Part shown: one piece after another, positions 29,777 to 39,852 of the stretch
Layout of the letters: each line of letters opens with the position of its first letter
Position numbering within the stretch: position 1 is the stretch's first letter
From: Ignavibacteriota bacterium
Lineage (GTDB): Bacteria > Bacteroidota > Ignavibacteria > UBA10030
Direction of reading: 5' to 3'
NCBI GenBank assembly: GCA_963727825.1
Contig: CAVSHO010000011.1
Coordinates: 395,282-459,281 of the forward strand
Length of the DNA stretch: 64,000 nt
Made by a program: the position numbers and the translations under genes
Notes under the pieces: generated by a model
The model's database searches: none
What the model was told of the DNA's origin: nothing
The model's input: only the letters and a program-made list of their open reading frames with translations

Positions 29777-30196
29777 ATGAACAACGTACGAGAATCGATA
29801 AAAATAAGCCGCACTGTAAATTGGCAATGGGTGTGGGTTGGATTTTGTTTACTCGTGACATTCCATCTCGTTCCGACAGTATTTATTTTACATATTTTTA
29901 ATCTTTGGAATGGATCAAACATAATATTACCGCTCTGGATCTTCTTTGGATTGGTGCTTACAAGTATGTATATCAGCTACCGATCAACAGGTGTCACTAT
30001 TATGGAGCCGATGATCTCTTCCATTGCCTATCTGTTTGTTCTTGGTATAGCAATGAATACTCAATTTGGAATTCTAAGTAATAGAGAGGATTTCCTCAGA
30101 ATGTTGGCTTGGATGGCGCCGGGATTATTCTGTTCGGTTCTCGGCGCTTGGATTGGTGAATTGATACAATTGAAGAAGGAACAACATACTGGATAA
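29777..30196 (+). CDS. Small 4-TM membrane protein, paralogue of the next gene
   Basis: W-WV...GVTIMEP...LGAWIGE shared with 30253-30651. Confidence 0.8.
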   Translation: MNNVRESIKISRTVNWQWVWVGFCLLVTFHLVPTVFILHIFNLWNGSNIILPLWIFFGLVLTSMYISYRSTGVTIMEPMISSIAYLFVLGIAMNTQFGILSNREDFLRMLAWMAPGLFCSVLGAWIGELIQLKKEQHTG

Positions 30197-30252
30197 TTTT
30201 CGATAAGAGCGATATTAAACGAACCATTCATAAAATATATGGAGAAATCGTC

Positions 30253-30651
30253 ATGGCCGAATCATTAACATCATCCAAAAAATTGGAGTGGAAATGGGTT
30301 GGAATTACATTGATTTTGTATGCGGTTTTCTATTTACTGCCACTCTTCTTTTTATTTCGAATAGCGGAGTTTCTCGGTGATGCTTGGCTTTTTTCAGGAA
30401 TCATAATTATTGCTGCGGTTGCAGCATATTTGTCTAAGGGTATTACTATTTGGGAACCCGCCATCGCGGGTGCAGGATTATTTTTGCTTTTTTTCATCGG
30501 CATGATAATATTTTTTCGACTTCCACCATTTCGAGCCTATATAGCAATCGTCATTACTATGGCAATTGTCTTTCTAATGTCGCTCTTAGGTGCATGGTTA
30601 GGAGAACGCGCGCAAAAATTGTGGAAGGCAAAATCTCCCGAATCAACTTAG
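30253..30651 (+). CDS. Small 4-TM membrane protein, paralogue of the previous gene
   Basis: WKWV...GITIWEP...LGAWLGE. Confidence 0.8.
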   Translation: MAESLTSSKKLEWKWVGITLILYAVFYLLPLFFLFRIAEFLGDAWLFSGIIIIAAVAAYLSKGITIWEPAIAGAGLFLLFFIGMIIFFRLPPFRAYIAIVITMAIVFLMSLLGAWLGERAQKLWKAKSPEST

Positions 30652-30714
30652 TGCTTGTTATGATGAGGAGAAAAGCGCACACTTGCAATAACAACATCAA
30701 GAAGAGGATCCAAT

Positions 30715-33015
30715 ATGCCTGACATAACAAACCCAGAAAGCCAAAGACACCTTTCTGTCATTATGTTTTCCGACATCGTCGGCTATAGCAAGATGATGCA
30801 GGAGGATGAAGATCTCACCATGAAGCTTCTTGCCCGTCACATTCAAATCGTGAGAGATGTGCTCGTCAAACACGATGGCAAGGAAATCAAGATGATAGGT
30901 GATGCCTTCCTTGTGAGTTTTACAACAGTTGCTAATGCTGTTAGGTGTGCTATTGATATACAGGAATGTTTCGCTAAATATAACGAGAGCACTGCGGAGA
31001 AAGAAAAGATACTTCTTCGTATTGGTATTCATATGGGCGATATTATCGTCAAAGATGACGATGTGTTTGGCGATGGTGTAAACATCGCTTCTCGTATTGA
31101 ACCGTTGGCTGAACCCGGGGGCATTTGTATTTCACAGGAGGTGTATAATTTAGTAAGGCACAAATTAGACCTGCAAGTAGTCTCGCTCGGGCCAAAAGAG
31201 CTCAAGAATATCAAAGAGAAAATTGAGATTTATGAAATTCTTGTCGGTTCCATCACATCCGATGCACACAAAGCGAAGGAGAGGAAAAAGAAAAGAAGAA
31301 ATTGGATATATGCTTTAGCAGGATTGTTTTTGGCAACCATTGTTATTTTCATTGCAATTACGCTGTTCAACAAGTCTTCAACCCCAATGGTGACACGGAT
31401 ATTGAAAACAGGGGGCAATAATGTTAATGATCCAAACATTTCGCCTGACGGAAACTGGATTGTTTACGTTGCCCTCGATTCCAGAATGCGTCAAAACTTG
31501 TATGTTGTTCCCGCTTCAGGCGGTGAGCCAAGGAAAATTACAAACGACACAACGTCAGTTTATTACAAGTCTCCCTGCTTCTCGCCTGATGCCAGCCAGA
31601 TTATTTATTTTTATTCCTTCCCTTCCGCCGAGAATTATAAGAACGAAATAGACATCATCCCAACTCTGGGCGGAACATCTCACAAACTGGTCGGTGATGG
31701 TGACCTTCCAGTGTGGTCACCAGACGGAAAACATATTGCCTTCTACAGTACCGATGCAAAGGAGCTCTCCATTGTTAACCCTGACGGAACGGAAAGGAAA
31801 AAAGTTATTGAGTTCGCAGAAACCGGGTTCATTAATATCGCATGGTCTCCTGATTCAAAGCGTCTTGCTTTCCTGAGAAATTTTGAAACCAATACAACCA
31901 GTCATTACACGGAAATATTCTCTCGCACATTGGATGATAGCACCGAACATCAGATAACGTTTGACAAAAAGATCATTGATGATTTTTGCTGGACTTCAAC
32001 TGGAGAGATCGTCTTCAATTCAAACCGCGGCGGGGGTGTCGGCTTATGGGTTATACCGGAGGAGGGTGGAACACCGAAGCAGCTCACACTTGGTGCTGGT
32101 GCCGACAGGTTCCCACGCATATCAAAGGATGCTAAACGCCTTGTCTATTTGAATGAATCTAAACCATCTAATCTCTGGAAAATCGACCTTCAGACAAAGG
32201 AACTTCAGCAATTGACATTCGAGGTAGATGCGCAGATTTGGAGTGTTGCATATTCTCCGGATGGAAGCAAACTCATCTACGGGTTGGAAAACGAATTCGA
32301 ATCCTCACAAGATGGATTTGTGATATGCAATAAGGATGGAGGTGGGCCAACCAAAATTACACCGAAAATCGAGAAATACAAATTATCAACGGCCTTCGTG
32401 ATACGTTGGTCCGCAGATATGAAATCGGTTCTTTTCAATGGCTCTCGAAGTGATACAATAAGAAAAAATCCGGATTCCATAGTTGTTATGAGCAGTTTCT
32501 TTGAGTATGAGCTTGCCACAAATATAACTCGGAAATTAGGAGATGGCAGATTATTTGACATCTCAAGGGACGGAAAGTATCTCTTATATGGACCTGATCT
32601 AAATTTTCCCTATCGAGCAGTTCTTGCGCTTAAATCTGCACCCGCCAAGATGATAAAGGAAATCGCTATAAACGGAGTAATACCGCACTTTTCGTGGGAC
32701 TCAAAGAATGCAATAATTCAAGACTCAACGGGTGTATGGTTCGTACCTGTGGATATGGGTAGAAGTAGACAATTTATTAAAACCCCAAAATCTTTTCGGC
32801 TCCAGAATTCCATGCCTGACGATAAATCAATTCTCGGATTCATTGTGGTTCCAACTTTCCAAAAGGCTACTTTGATAAAACTGTATTGTGCAAACGGCAA
32901 GTTTGAAGAGTTAGCACATGGGGTCTTCCCAGTAGTTTCTCCTGATGGCAATACAATGGTTTTCATAAGAGGGGAATCCAAGAACAGGGCCATTGTGATA
33001 GATAATTTCCGCTGA
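30715..33015 (+). CDS. Class III adenylate cyclase with TM helix and extracytoplasmic TolB/PD40 beta-propeller
   Basis: FSDIVGYS, KMIGDAF, RIGIHMGD, DVFGDGVNIASR; repeated SPDG motifs after the TM helix. Confidence 0.9.
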   Translation: MPDITNPESQRHLSVIMFSDIVGYSKMMQEDEDLTMKLLARHIQIVRDVLVKHDGKEIKMIGDAFLVSFTTVANAVRCAIDIQECFAKYNESTAEKEKILLRIGIHMGDIIVKDDDVFGDGVNIASRIEPLAEPGGICISQEVYNLVRHKLDLQVVSLGPKELKNIKEKIEIYEILVGSITSDAHKAKERKKKRRNWIYALAGLFLATIVIFIAITLFNKSSTPMVTRILKTGGNNVNDPNISPDGNWIVYVALDSRMRQNLYVVPASGGEPRKITNDTTSVYYKSPCFSPDASQIIYFYSFPSAENYKNEIDIIPTLGGTSHKLVGDGDLPVWSPDGKHIAFYSTDAKELSIVNPDGTERKKVIEFAETGFINIAWSPDSKRLAFLRNFETNTTSHYTEIFSRTLDDSTEHQITFDKKIIDDFCWTSTGEIVFNSNRGGGVGLWVIPEEGGTPKQLTLGAGADRFPRISKDAKRLVYLNESKPSNLWKIDLQTKELQQLTFEVDAQIWSVAYSPDGSKLIYGLENEFESSQDGFVICNKDGGGPTKITPKIEKYKLSTAFVIRWSADMKSVLFNGSRSDTIRKNPDSIVVMSSFFEYELATNITRKLGDGRLFDISRDGKYLLYGPDLNFPYRAVLALKSAPAKMIKEIAINGVIPHFSWDSKNAIIQDSTGVWFVPVDMGRSRQFIKTPKSFRLQNSMPDDKSILGFIVVPTFQKATLIKLYCANGKFEELAHGVFPVVSPDGNTMVFIRGESKNRAIVIDNFR

Positions 33016-33060
33016 TAGCTTCCTCCAAACAGCAGGATCATTGGGAATTTGAATTTCACC

Positions 33061-33092
33061 GCCCCAGACATACACCATCTGGGGCTTTTTTT
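33061..33092 (+). terminator. Rho-independent terminator
   Basis: GCCCCAGA-catacacca-TCTGGGGC followed by a T tract. Confidence 0.85.
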
Positions 33093-33143
33093 ATTCGAAC
33101 CAAAAAGTGGTGATGGTTATCACTCTTTTATCCTGGAAATAAT

Positions 33144-33314
33144 TTGACATTATGTTTCGATATTACTAATTTCAACCATTCACACATTGACCCCAGCTTA
33201 CCTTATGGGGACTCCTATGTGTTGGCAACATTCCGGATAAAAACTTAGAAGCCTCTGTTGGCAAAACTTGTCCCGTCGTTTTGGGACGGGAGCTGGCAGA
33301 GGCTTTACTGTTTT
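33144..33314 (+). promoter_or_regulatory. Promoter plus structured 5' leader with a short ORF and terminator-like hairpin
   Basis: TTGACA-N17-TAATTT; ORF (MGTP)MCWQHSG at 33205/33217-33240; AAGCCTCTG/CAGAGGCTT stem extended by G-U pairs on the + strand. Confidence 0.45.
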
Positions 33315-33422
33315 AAATCTTCTTGCAGGTTTTTAGAAATTTAAAATTAAAAATATGCAGGACTGTGGTTTTTGTAACATTAGTTCCGATTGCCTTTCAC
33401 TATTTCGTAAAAGGAGAAACAC

Positions 33423-35548
33423 ATGAAAAACATTCTACGATTTCTCTTTGTGGTGTTTTGCCTCTTCACCGCTACGAATCCCTTGCATGCACAATGGACT
33501 CAGACCAATGGACCCTACGGTGGTTATATTTCGTGTTTTGTCGTCTCCGGCACGAATCTCTTTGCTGGCACTGAAGGCGGTGGCCCTTGGCAAGGTGGCG
33601 CCGGCGTTTTTCTTTCCACGAACAACGGTACTAGTTGGACTCCAGTCAATACGGGCTTGACGAACACTGCTGTGTCTTCTCTGGCTTTAAGCGGCACGAA
33701 TCTCTTTGCCGGGACATATGGCGGCGGCGTATTTCTATCAACCAACAACGGTACAAGTTGGACTCAAGTCAATTCAGGATTGACTAACACTACTGTCTTG
33801 TCTCTTGCTATCTCCGGCACAAGTCTTTTTGCAGGTACTGCTGGCGGCGAATTTCTATCAACCAACAGCGGCACAAGTTGGGCTGCTGTTGCCGTCAATA
33901 CCGGTTTAACGAACATTTCTAATGCTCTTGTCATTTCGGGCACGAATCTTTTTGCAGGTACTGATAGCGGCGTCTTTCTATCAACCAACAATGGTACAAG
34001 CTGGACTGCTGTCAATACCGGCTTGACGAACACTTCAGTCCAGGCTCTTACCATCTCCGGGACAAATCTCTTTGCCGGGACTTATGGCGGCGGCATATTT
34101 CTATCAACCAACAACGGCACAAGTTGGACTGTAGTCAATACTGGCTTGACGGGCAATGCTCTTTATGTCGAAGCTTTTGCCATCTCCGGCACGAATCTTT
34201 TCGCGGGGACCAGTAGTGGCGTCTTTCTTTCCACGAACAACGGCACTAGTTGGACTGCCGTCAATACCGGCTTGATGAATACTTATGTCCGAGCTTTTGC
34301 CGCCTCCGGCACGAATCTCTTTGCAGGGACTGATGGCGGTGGTGTCTTTCTTTCCACCAACAACGGCACAAGCTGGACTGCAGTCAATACCGGCTTGACG
34401 AATACTTCTGTATATACTCTTGCCGTCTCCGGCACAAATCTCTTTGCAGGGACTGAGAACGGTGGCGTCTTTCTTTCTACCAACAACGGTACAAGCTGGT
34501 CTACAGTCAATACTGGGTTAACGAACACTACTGTCTATTCTCTTGCTGTCTCCGGCACGAATCTCTTTGCAGGGACCAATGGTGGCGTTTTTCTATCGAC
34601 GAACAATGGCATAAGTTGGATTCAAGTCAATACAGGCTTGACGAATACTTCTGTATATACTCTTGCCGTCTCCGGCACGAATCTCTTTGCCGGGACTCTT
34701 GGCGGTGGCGTCTTTCTATCCACCAACAACGGCACAAGCTGGACTGCAGTCAATACAGGCTTGACGAACACTACGGTTCAGGCTCTTGCCGTCTCCGGCA
34801 CGAATCTCTTTGCTGGCACTCAGAACGGTGGCGTCTTTCTTTCCACCAACAACGGCACAAATTGGACTGTCGTCAATACGGGCTTGACGAGTACTTATGT
34901 CCAGGCTCTTGCCGTCTCTGGCACGAATCTCTTTGCCGGGACCCAAAGCAATGTCTTTCTCTCCACCAATAATGGCACAAGCTGGACTGTAGTCAAAACC
35001 GGCTCGTGTACACTTATTTTAATACTTTCGTCGTCACAGGTACGAATCTTTTTGCCGGGACTGAGAACGGTGGTGTCTTTCTTTCCACCAACAAAGGCAC
35101 AAGCTGGAGTGAAGTCGATACTGGTTTGACGAAAGTTTTTATCGGTACTCTTGCCGTCTCTGGCACAAATCTCTTTGTTGGGACTTATTTAGGCGGCGTT
35201 TGGAGGCGACCGTTGTCAGAGATGATCACAGCAGTAGAAAGTCCCTTGACTGATTTGCCGACGCATTTCAATCTCGACCAGAACTTTCCGAACCCGTTCA
35301 ATCCGTCAACGACTATTTCCTTTAGCCTTCCATCTCAATCGTTTGTATCACTGAAAGTTTTTGATGCTTTAGGAAGAGAAGTGGCAACGGTTGTCTCTGA
35401 AGAAATGTCGGCAGGAAGTTACAAACGTCAATGGAACGCCGCGACTATGTCGAGCGGAATTTATTTTTATCGTCTACAAGCCCGCCAAACATCCGGCGGG
35501 CAAGCTGGCTCATTTACAGAGACTAAAAAACTTGTTTTAATGAAGTGA
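33423..35548 (+). CDS. T9SS-secreted BNR/Asp-box repeat protein, 14 blades (two 7-blade propellers); one frameshift near 35005
   Basis: Signal peptide; 14 xLFAGT-type repeats with STNNGTSW Asp-boxes; CTD QNFPNPFNPSTTI...TKKLVLMK in ORF 35006-35548. Confidence 0.88.
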
Positions 35549-35588
35549 TGGGCAACTGCAACTAAAAATTAGCCGAAAGGAAAAGATT

Positions 35589-36812
35589 ATGAAACGTATT
35601 TGTCCATTTTTTTTCTTGGTGCTTGTAATATTCGCCTATACACATTTATTGAACGCCCAATGGGTGCAATCCAATAGCCCCTTTGTCAGCAACGTTGTTA
35701 GTTTTGCCGTCATTGGCTCGAATCTTTTTGCCGGATCTGACAGTAGCGGCGTTTATCTTTCCATTAATAACGGAACAAGCTGGACTGCGGTCAATACAGG
35801 CTTGATGAACACTTATGTTAGTTCTCTTGCCGTCTCTGGAACGAATCTTTTTGCCGGGGCAGGCGGTGCCGTCTTTCTTTCCACGAACAACGGCACGAGT
35901 TGGGCTGTGGCCAGTACCGGGTTATCATCCGGAATCAGTGTTCTTGCCGCCTCAGGCACAAATCTTTTTGCTGGTTCTTCTAATAATGGCGCCGTCTATC
36001 TTTCCACCAACAACGGTACGAGCTGGACTATAACCAGTAACGGTTCACAGACCAGAGAAATCCTTGCTTTTGCAGTCTCCGGGACGAATCTCTTTGCTGC
36101 GACTCTTCACCGTGTCGATCTTTCCATTGACAGCGGCAAAAGTTGGACTGATGTCAATTTAGGTTTGACACCTAATCCTGTTTTGTCATTCGCCGTTTCA
36201 GATACGAATCTATTTGCAGGGATTATATCGAGTGGCGTTTACCTTTCTACCAACAACGGTAAGAGCTGGACTGCAGTCAATACGGGCTTGACAAATCGTT
36301 CTGTTTTTTCATTAGCCGTCAGCGGCTCGAATCTTTTTGCCGGGACTGATAGCAGCGGTGTTTATCTTTCCAATAATAATGGCAAGAGCTGGACTGCAGT
36401 CAATACAGGCTTGCCAAATATTTATGTTAATGTAAATTCACTTGTCATTTCAGGGACAAATCTCGTTGCCGGGACTACTGGTGGGGTCTGGAGACGGCCG
36501 TTGTCGGAGATGATCACAGCAGTAGAAAGTCCCTTGACTGACTTGCCGACGCATTTTAATCTCGACCAGAACTATCCAAATCCGTTCAATCCAACGACGA
36601 CTATTTCCTTTAGTCTTTCATTTAAATCGTTTGTATCATTGAAAGTATTTAATTTGATTGGAAGAGAGGTAGCAACAATTGTCTCAGAGGAAATGCCGGC
36701 AGGAAATTATATAAAGCAATGGAATGCAGCGAATATGTCGAGCGGAATTTATTTTTATCGTTTGCAGGTATGTTCATTGACCGAGACAAAGAAAATGATT
36801 TTGCTAAAATGA
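35589..36812 (+). CDS. T9SS-secreted BNR/Asp-box repeat protein, 7 blades
   Basis: Signal peptide, 7 repeats, CTD QNYPNPFNP...TKKMILLK. Confidence 0.9.
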   Translation: MKRICPFFFLVLVIFAYTHLLNAQWVQSNSPFVSNVVSFAVIGSNLFAGSDSSGVYLSINNGTSWTAVNTGLMNTYVSSLAVSGTNLFAGAGGAVFLSTNNGTSWAVASTGLSSGISVLAASGTNLFAGSSNNGAVYLSTNNGTSWTITSNGSQTREILAFAVSGTNLFAATLHRVDLSIDSGKSWTDVNLGLTPNPVLSFAVSDTNLFAGIISSGVYLSTNNGKSWTAVNTGLTNRSVFSLAVSGSNLFAGTDSSGVYLSNNNGKSWTAVNTGLPNIYVNVNSLVISGTNLVAGTTGGVWRRPLSEMITAVESPLTDLPTHFNLDQNYPNPFNPTTTISFSLSFKSFVSLKVFNLIGREVATIVSEEMPAGNYIKQWNAANMSSGIYFYRLQVCSLTETKKMILLK

Positions 36813-36820
36813 GGCATCTC

Positions 36821-37363
36821 ATGAAATCTCAATACCCATACTTATTAGTATCCCTGATGATTTTCCTGAGTTGCAAATCCAATGATTCACCAACTGGAAA
36901 TTCCGACAAAGAAACCAATTGGATGAGTGCCAAAATCGACGGGGCATCTTGGGTGACTGAAGGCAATAGCAGCTTGGGACGAAAAAATGTCTACGTGTAC
37001 TACGATTCTTCTTTATCGAGGTACGTAATCCAAGGGACTACAGATTATTTATATCCAAGAATTGTCATCGAGATCACGACCCTAAGGGTTGGAACATTTC
37101 AATTGGGGGATATAGCTACTAATAACGCTGAGGCATCGTACTGTCCGAGTACTTTTATTGAGGATTGGTTCTACACTACCAGTCATTTCGTTGATGGTAA
37201 TGCGTATATGGGTATAGTCACTTTGAATAGAGTTGATAAAACCAATAATGTATTATCTGGAACATTCAACTTTAAAGCTGTTCGAGGTGGTGGTTGGATG
37301 AAATATGATTCTATGATGGTGACAGATGGCCAGTTTGAGATGGATTTAAATAGTACAAATTGA
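36821..37363 (+). CDS. Lipoprotein (DUF6252-like)
   Basis: Lipobox FLSC; MSAKIDG...LSGTFNFKA...VTDGQF. Confidence 0.75.
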   Translation: MKSQYPYLLVSLMIFLSCKSNDSPTGNSDKETNWMSAKIDGASWVTEGNSSLGRKNVYVYYDSSLSRYVIQGTTDYLYPRIVIEITTLRVGTFQLGDIATNNAEASYCPSTFIEDWFYTTSHFVDGNAYMGIVTLNRVDKTNNVLSGTFNFKAVRGGGWMKYDSMMVTDGQFEMDLNSTN

Positions 37364-37391
37364 TAGAAATTCTATCACAAAGACAAAGGAG

Positions 37392-37898
37392 ATGACAATG
37401 AGAATAGGTTTAATAGCTATTGTAATATTATTCTCTTTTTGTGCAACGCAATTGTATTGTCAACCCGAGAATTCATTTGCATTTGGATTGCAGGCAGCTC
37501 CATTCCCCCTTTTTGGAATAAGCGCAAAATGCATTATTAATCCACAAATTTGCGTTGAAATGTTCGGGAGACCACAATTCGCTAACACTGCATTCATTGC
37601 TTTACGTGGCCAATATCTTTTTATACATGATTCTGTTCATAATATACATGCTACGGGCCTCATTGGTTCATTTAAGGATTGCGAGTCAGATTTTCTAACT
37701 AACAAAACTGATACAGCTCCAGGTTATGGGATTGGTATAGGTTATGAGCATATCTTTTCGGGGGTTCCAAATCTTGCTTGGAATGCAGGAATCGATTATA
37801 TCTATATAAAATGGAACGACGTATGGTGGGTCAAGCTCAACAATAAAGACTATTTCTCATTGGTAATGCTTGGCTTTGGATTTCATTATTATTTGTGA
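37392..37898 (+). CDS. Small outer-membrane beta-barrel protein
   Basis: Signal peptide, amphipathic strands, C-terminal GFGFHYYL. Confidence 0.7.
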   Translation: MTMRIGLIAIVILFSFCATQLYCQPENSFAFGLQAAPFPLFGISAKCIINPQICVEMFGRPQFANTAFIALRGQYLFIHDSVHNIHATGLIGSFKDCESDFLTNKTDTAPGYGIGIGYEHIFSGVPNLAWNAGIDYIYIKWNDVWWVKLNNKDYFSLVMLGFGFHYYL

Positions 37899-38020
37899 GC
37901 TCGGTATATTTTCTTAAGCAGGCAAATGCATCTATCAATATGCAACAAAGTGTTTACTTACTTGACAGGGCCATATAAATATTATCTCTTATAGCCTCGG
38001 TAATTCATCATCTGGGGCTT

Positions 38021-38266
38021 CCATTTCTGACCTCAACCATCCAATATGGATTACCTGCACGAAGCACTGTACGACTCGTTATCTATAATGTCCTCGGTCA
38101 AGTGGTAAAAGAATTAATAAACACTGAGCAGCAAGCGGGGATTCAATCGGTAGTATGGAATGCGAATATCTCTTCAGGAATATATTTCTATCGGCTCGAA
38201 GCCACGTCGAAAGACGATCCTTCGAAACGGTTTGTTGAAACGAAGAAGATGTTGTTATTAAAATGA
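38021..38266 (+). pseudogene. Orphan T9SS C-terminal sorting domain with no start codon or cargo
   Basis: Uninterrupted frame PFLTSTIQYGLPARSTVRLVIYNVLGQVVKEL...SSGIYFYRLEA...VETKKMLLLK*; upstream in-frame TAA at 37976. Confidence 0.85.
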
Positions 38267-38384
38267 CTCTTCTAGCCACACTGCCCGTTGATGGAGCTTA
38301 TAGGAACCATAGCCGTGCAAACGGTACATAATATTGGTAGCAACATGAACTTCACATTCATACAATGCATATGGAGGTTGTCAT

Positions 38385-39662
38385 ATGATGAAATCTTCCT
38401 CTGCCATTTCCCGATCATCTCTATCATTGGTCGTCTTGCTTCACATACTTCTTGTACAGGATCTGGTTGCCGCACAATATCATGTGAAAAATAATTGCGT
38501 GGTAAGCAATACTGATTGTTCACTTTATAAATTGATTGTGATCTTGCCTCTTGCGCAGACCAATCAATACCAAATTGTAAAGAATGTGAACGTGAATGGC
38601 GGTCAAGTGTTGACGATTCCTGAATCAGATGACAGCTATATCAGGTGGACATATACATCGGGTCTCCCTGCGGCGGGTCAGCCAAAAGAAATTGGATATG
38701 AATTCGATGTGGAATTGAAAAGCGTCGTTTTTGATTTTAATTCAGTTACTACAATTTATCCATATAATACTTCCTCGAATATTTATCAATGGTACACCGG
38801 TGCAAGTGGGGTCTATGTCGATCCTAACAATTCAACCATTCAAACTATCGGCACCACACTTTGGAATCAATCATCAAGTATTGTTGATTATGCCCGGCGG
38901 TGTTATTACTATGTGGCACAGAACTACCAGTATCTTGATGCCTATACAGGGTTGCACACTCTTTCCGATATTTTGGTATCCGGGGGTGGAGATTGTGGAA
39001 ATCTAAGTTCAATATATGTCTCATTGCTTCGATTTAAGGGAATTCCTTCTCGTCATATCGTTACCGTACGTCCCGATGGATCATACCACGTTTGGGCGGA
39101 ATTTTATCTCGAGACCTATGGCTGGATACCCGTGGACGTAACATATAAAAACAGCAATCCTTCAGGTGACTACTTTGGCAAGTATGATGGAAATGGAATC
39201 GTGATGACCAAAGAAGTCTGGCTCTTATTAGACAGAGGCGACGGATACTCATATTACTGCGCTCTTCTTCAGTCTTACAACTGGTTCTATTGGTATTCCA
39301 GCGGTGGCGGGCATATAACATCTTCACATTCCGTAGTCTCGACAATAACCGATGTTAAAGAAGAGATATCCTTTCCACATCATTCTATATTGGAACAAAA
39401 TTATCCCAATCCATTTAACCCAACAACAAACATTTCTTTCAATCTTCCAACGCGATCCTTTGTGTCATTGAAAGTATTTGATTTACTTGGAAGAAAAGTC
39501 TCAACACTTGTCGATGAATCGTTATCAGCAGGTACGTACTCGCGTCAATGGAATGCAGAAAACGTGGCAAGCGGAATGTATATCTACAGGTTGGATGCTG
39601 TCTCGTCCGAGAATCCTTCAAAACGTTATGTCGAAACGAAAAAGATGTTGCTGCTGAAGTAA
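38385..39662 (+). CDS. T9SS-secreted transglutaminase-like protein
   Basis: GDCGNLS...GIPSR...HVWAEFY...GWIPVD (Cys-His-Asp triad) plus CTD. Confidence 0.9.
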   Translation: MMKSSSAISRSSLSLVVLLHILLVQDLVAAQYHVKNNCVVSNTDCSLYKLIVILPLAQTNQYQIVKNVNVNGGQVLTIPESDDSYIRWTYTSGLPAAGQPKEIGYEFDVELKSVVFDFNSVTTIYPYNTSSNIYQWYTGASGVYVDPNNSTIQTIGTTLWNQSSSIVDYARRCYYYVAQNYQYLDAYTGLHTLSDILVSGGGDCGNLSSIYVSLLRFKGIPSRHIVTVRPDGSYHVWAEFYLETYGWIPVDVTYKNSNPSGDYFGKYDGNGIVMTKEVWLLLDRGDGYSYYCALLQSYNWFYWYSSGGGHITSSHSVVSTITDVKEEISFPHHSILEQNYPNPFNPTTNISFNLPTRSFVSLKVFDLLGRKVSTLVDESLSAGTYSRQWNAENVASGMYIYRLDAVSSENPSKRYVETKKMLLLK

Positions 39663-39669
39663 GTTTATC

Positions 39670-39703
39670 GCCCCAGACATACATCATCTGGGGCTTTTTA
39701 TTT
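39670..39703 (+). terminator. Rho-independent terminator, near-identical to 33061-33092
   Basis: GCCCCAGA-catacatca-TCTGGGGC-TTTTT. Confidence 0.85.
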
Positions 39704-39852
39704 ACTTGAGATTCAAATAAAATAAATGTAGGATTCTGGTGGTCAAATTGAGAGGTGCTCGACCGATGCACCATCGTTTACCGGGGAACACTTCAAGATA
39801 TTTTTATATTACTAAAGTCGTTTATTAAATTCCTAATGTGGGAGTTATGACT

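Noticed and set aside
33373-33401. TGTAAC motif suggesting the local ECF sigma drives the T9SS genes
   Set aside because: The -10 region and spacing do not match the motif upstream of the sigma gene; a hexamer alone is insufficient.
33423-36812. Diversity-generating retroelement acting on the propeller repeats
   Set aside because: No reverse transcriptase or non-coding template repeat in the window, and differences are not restricted to adenine positions.
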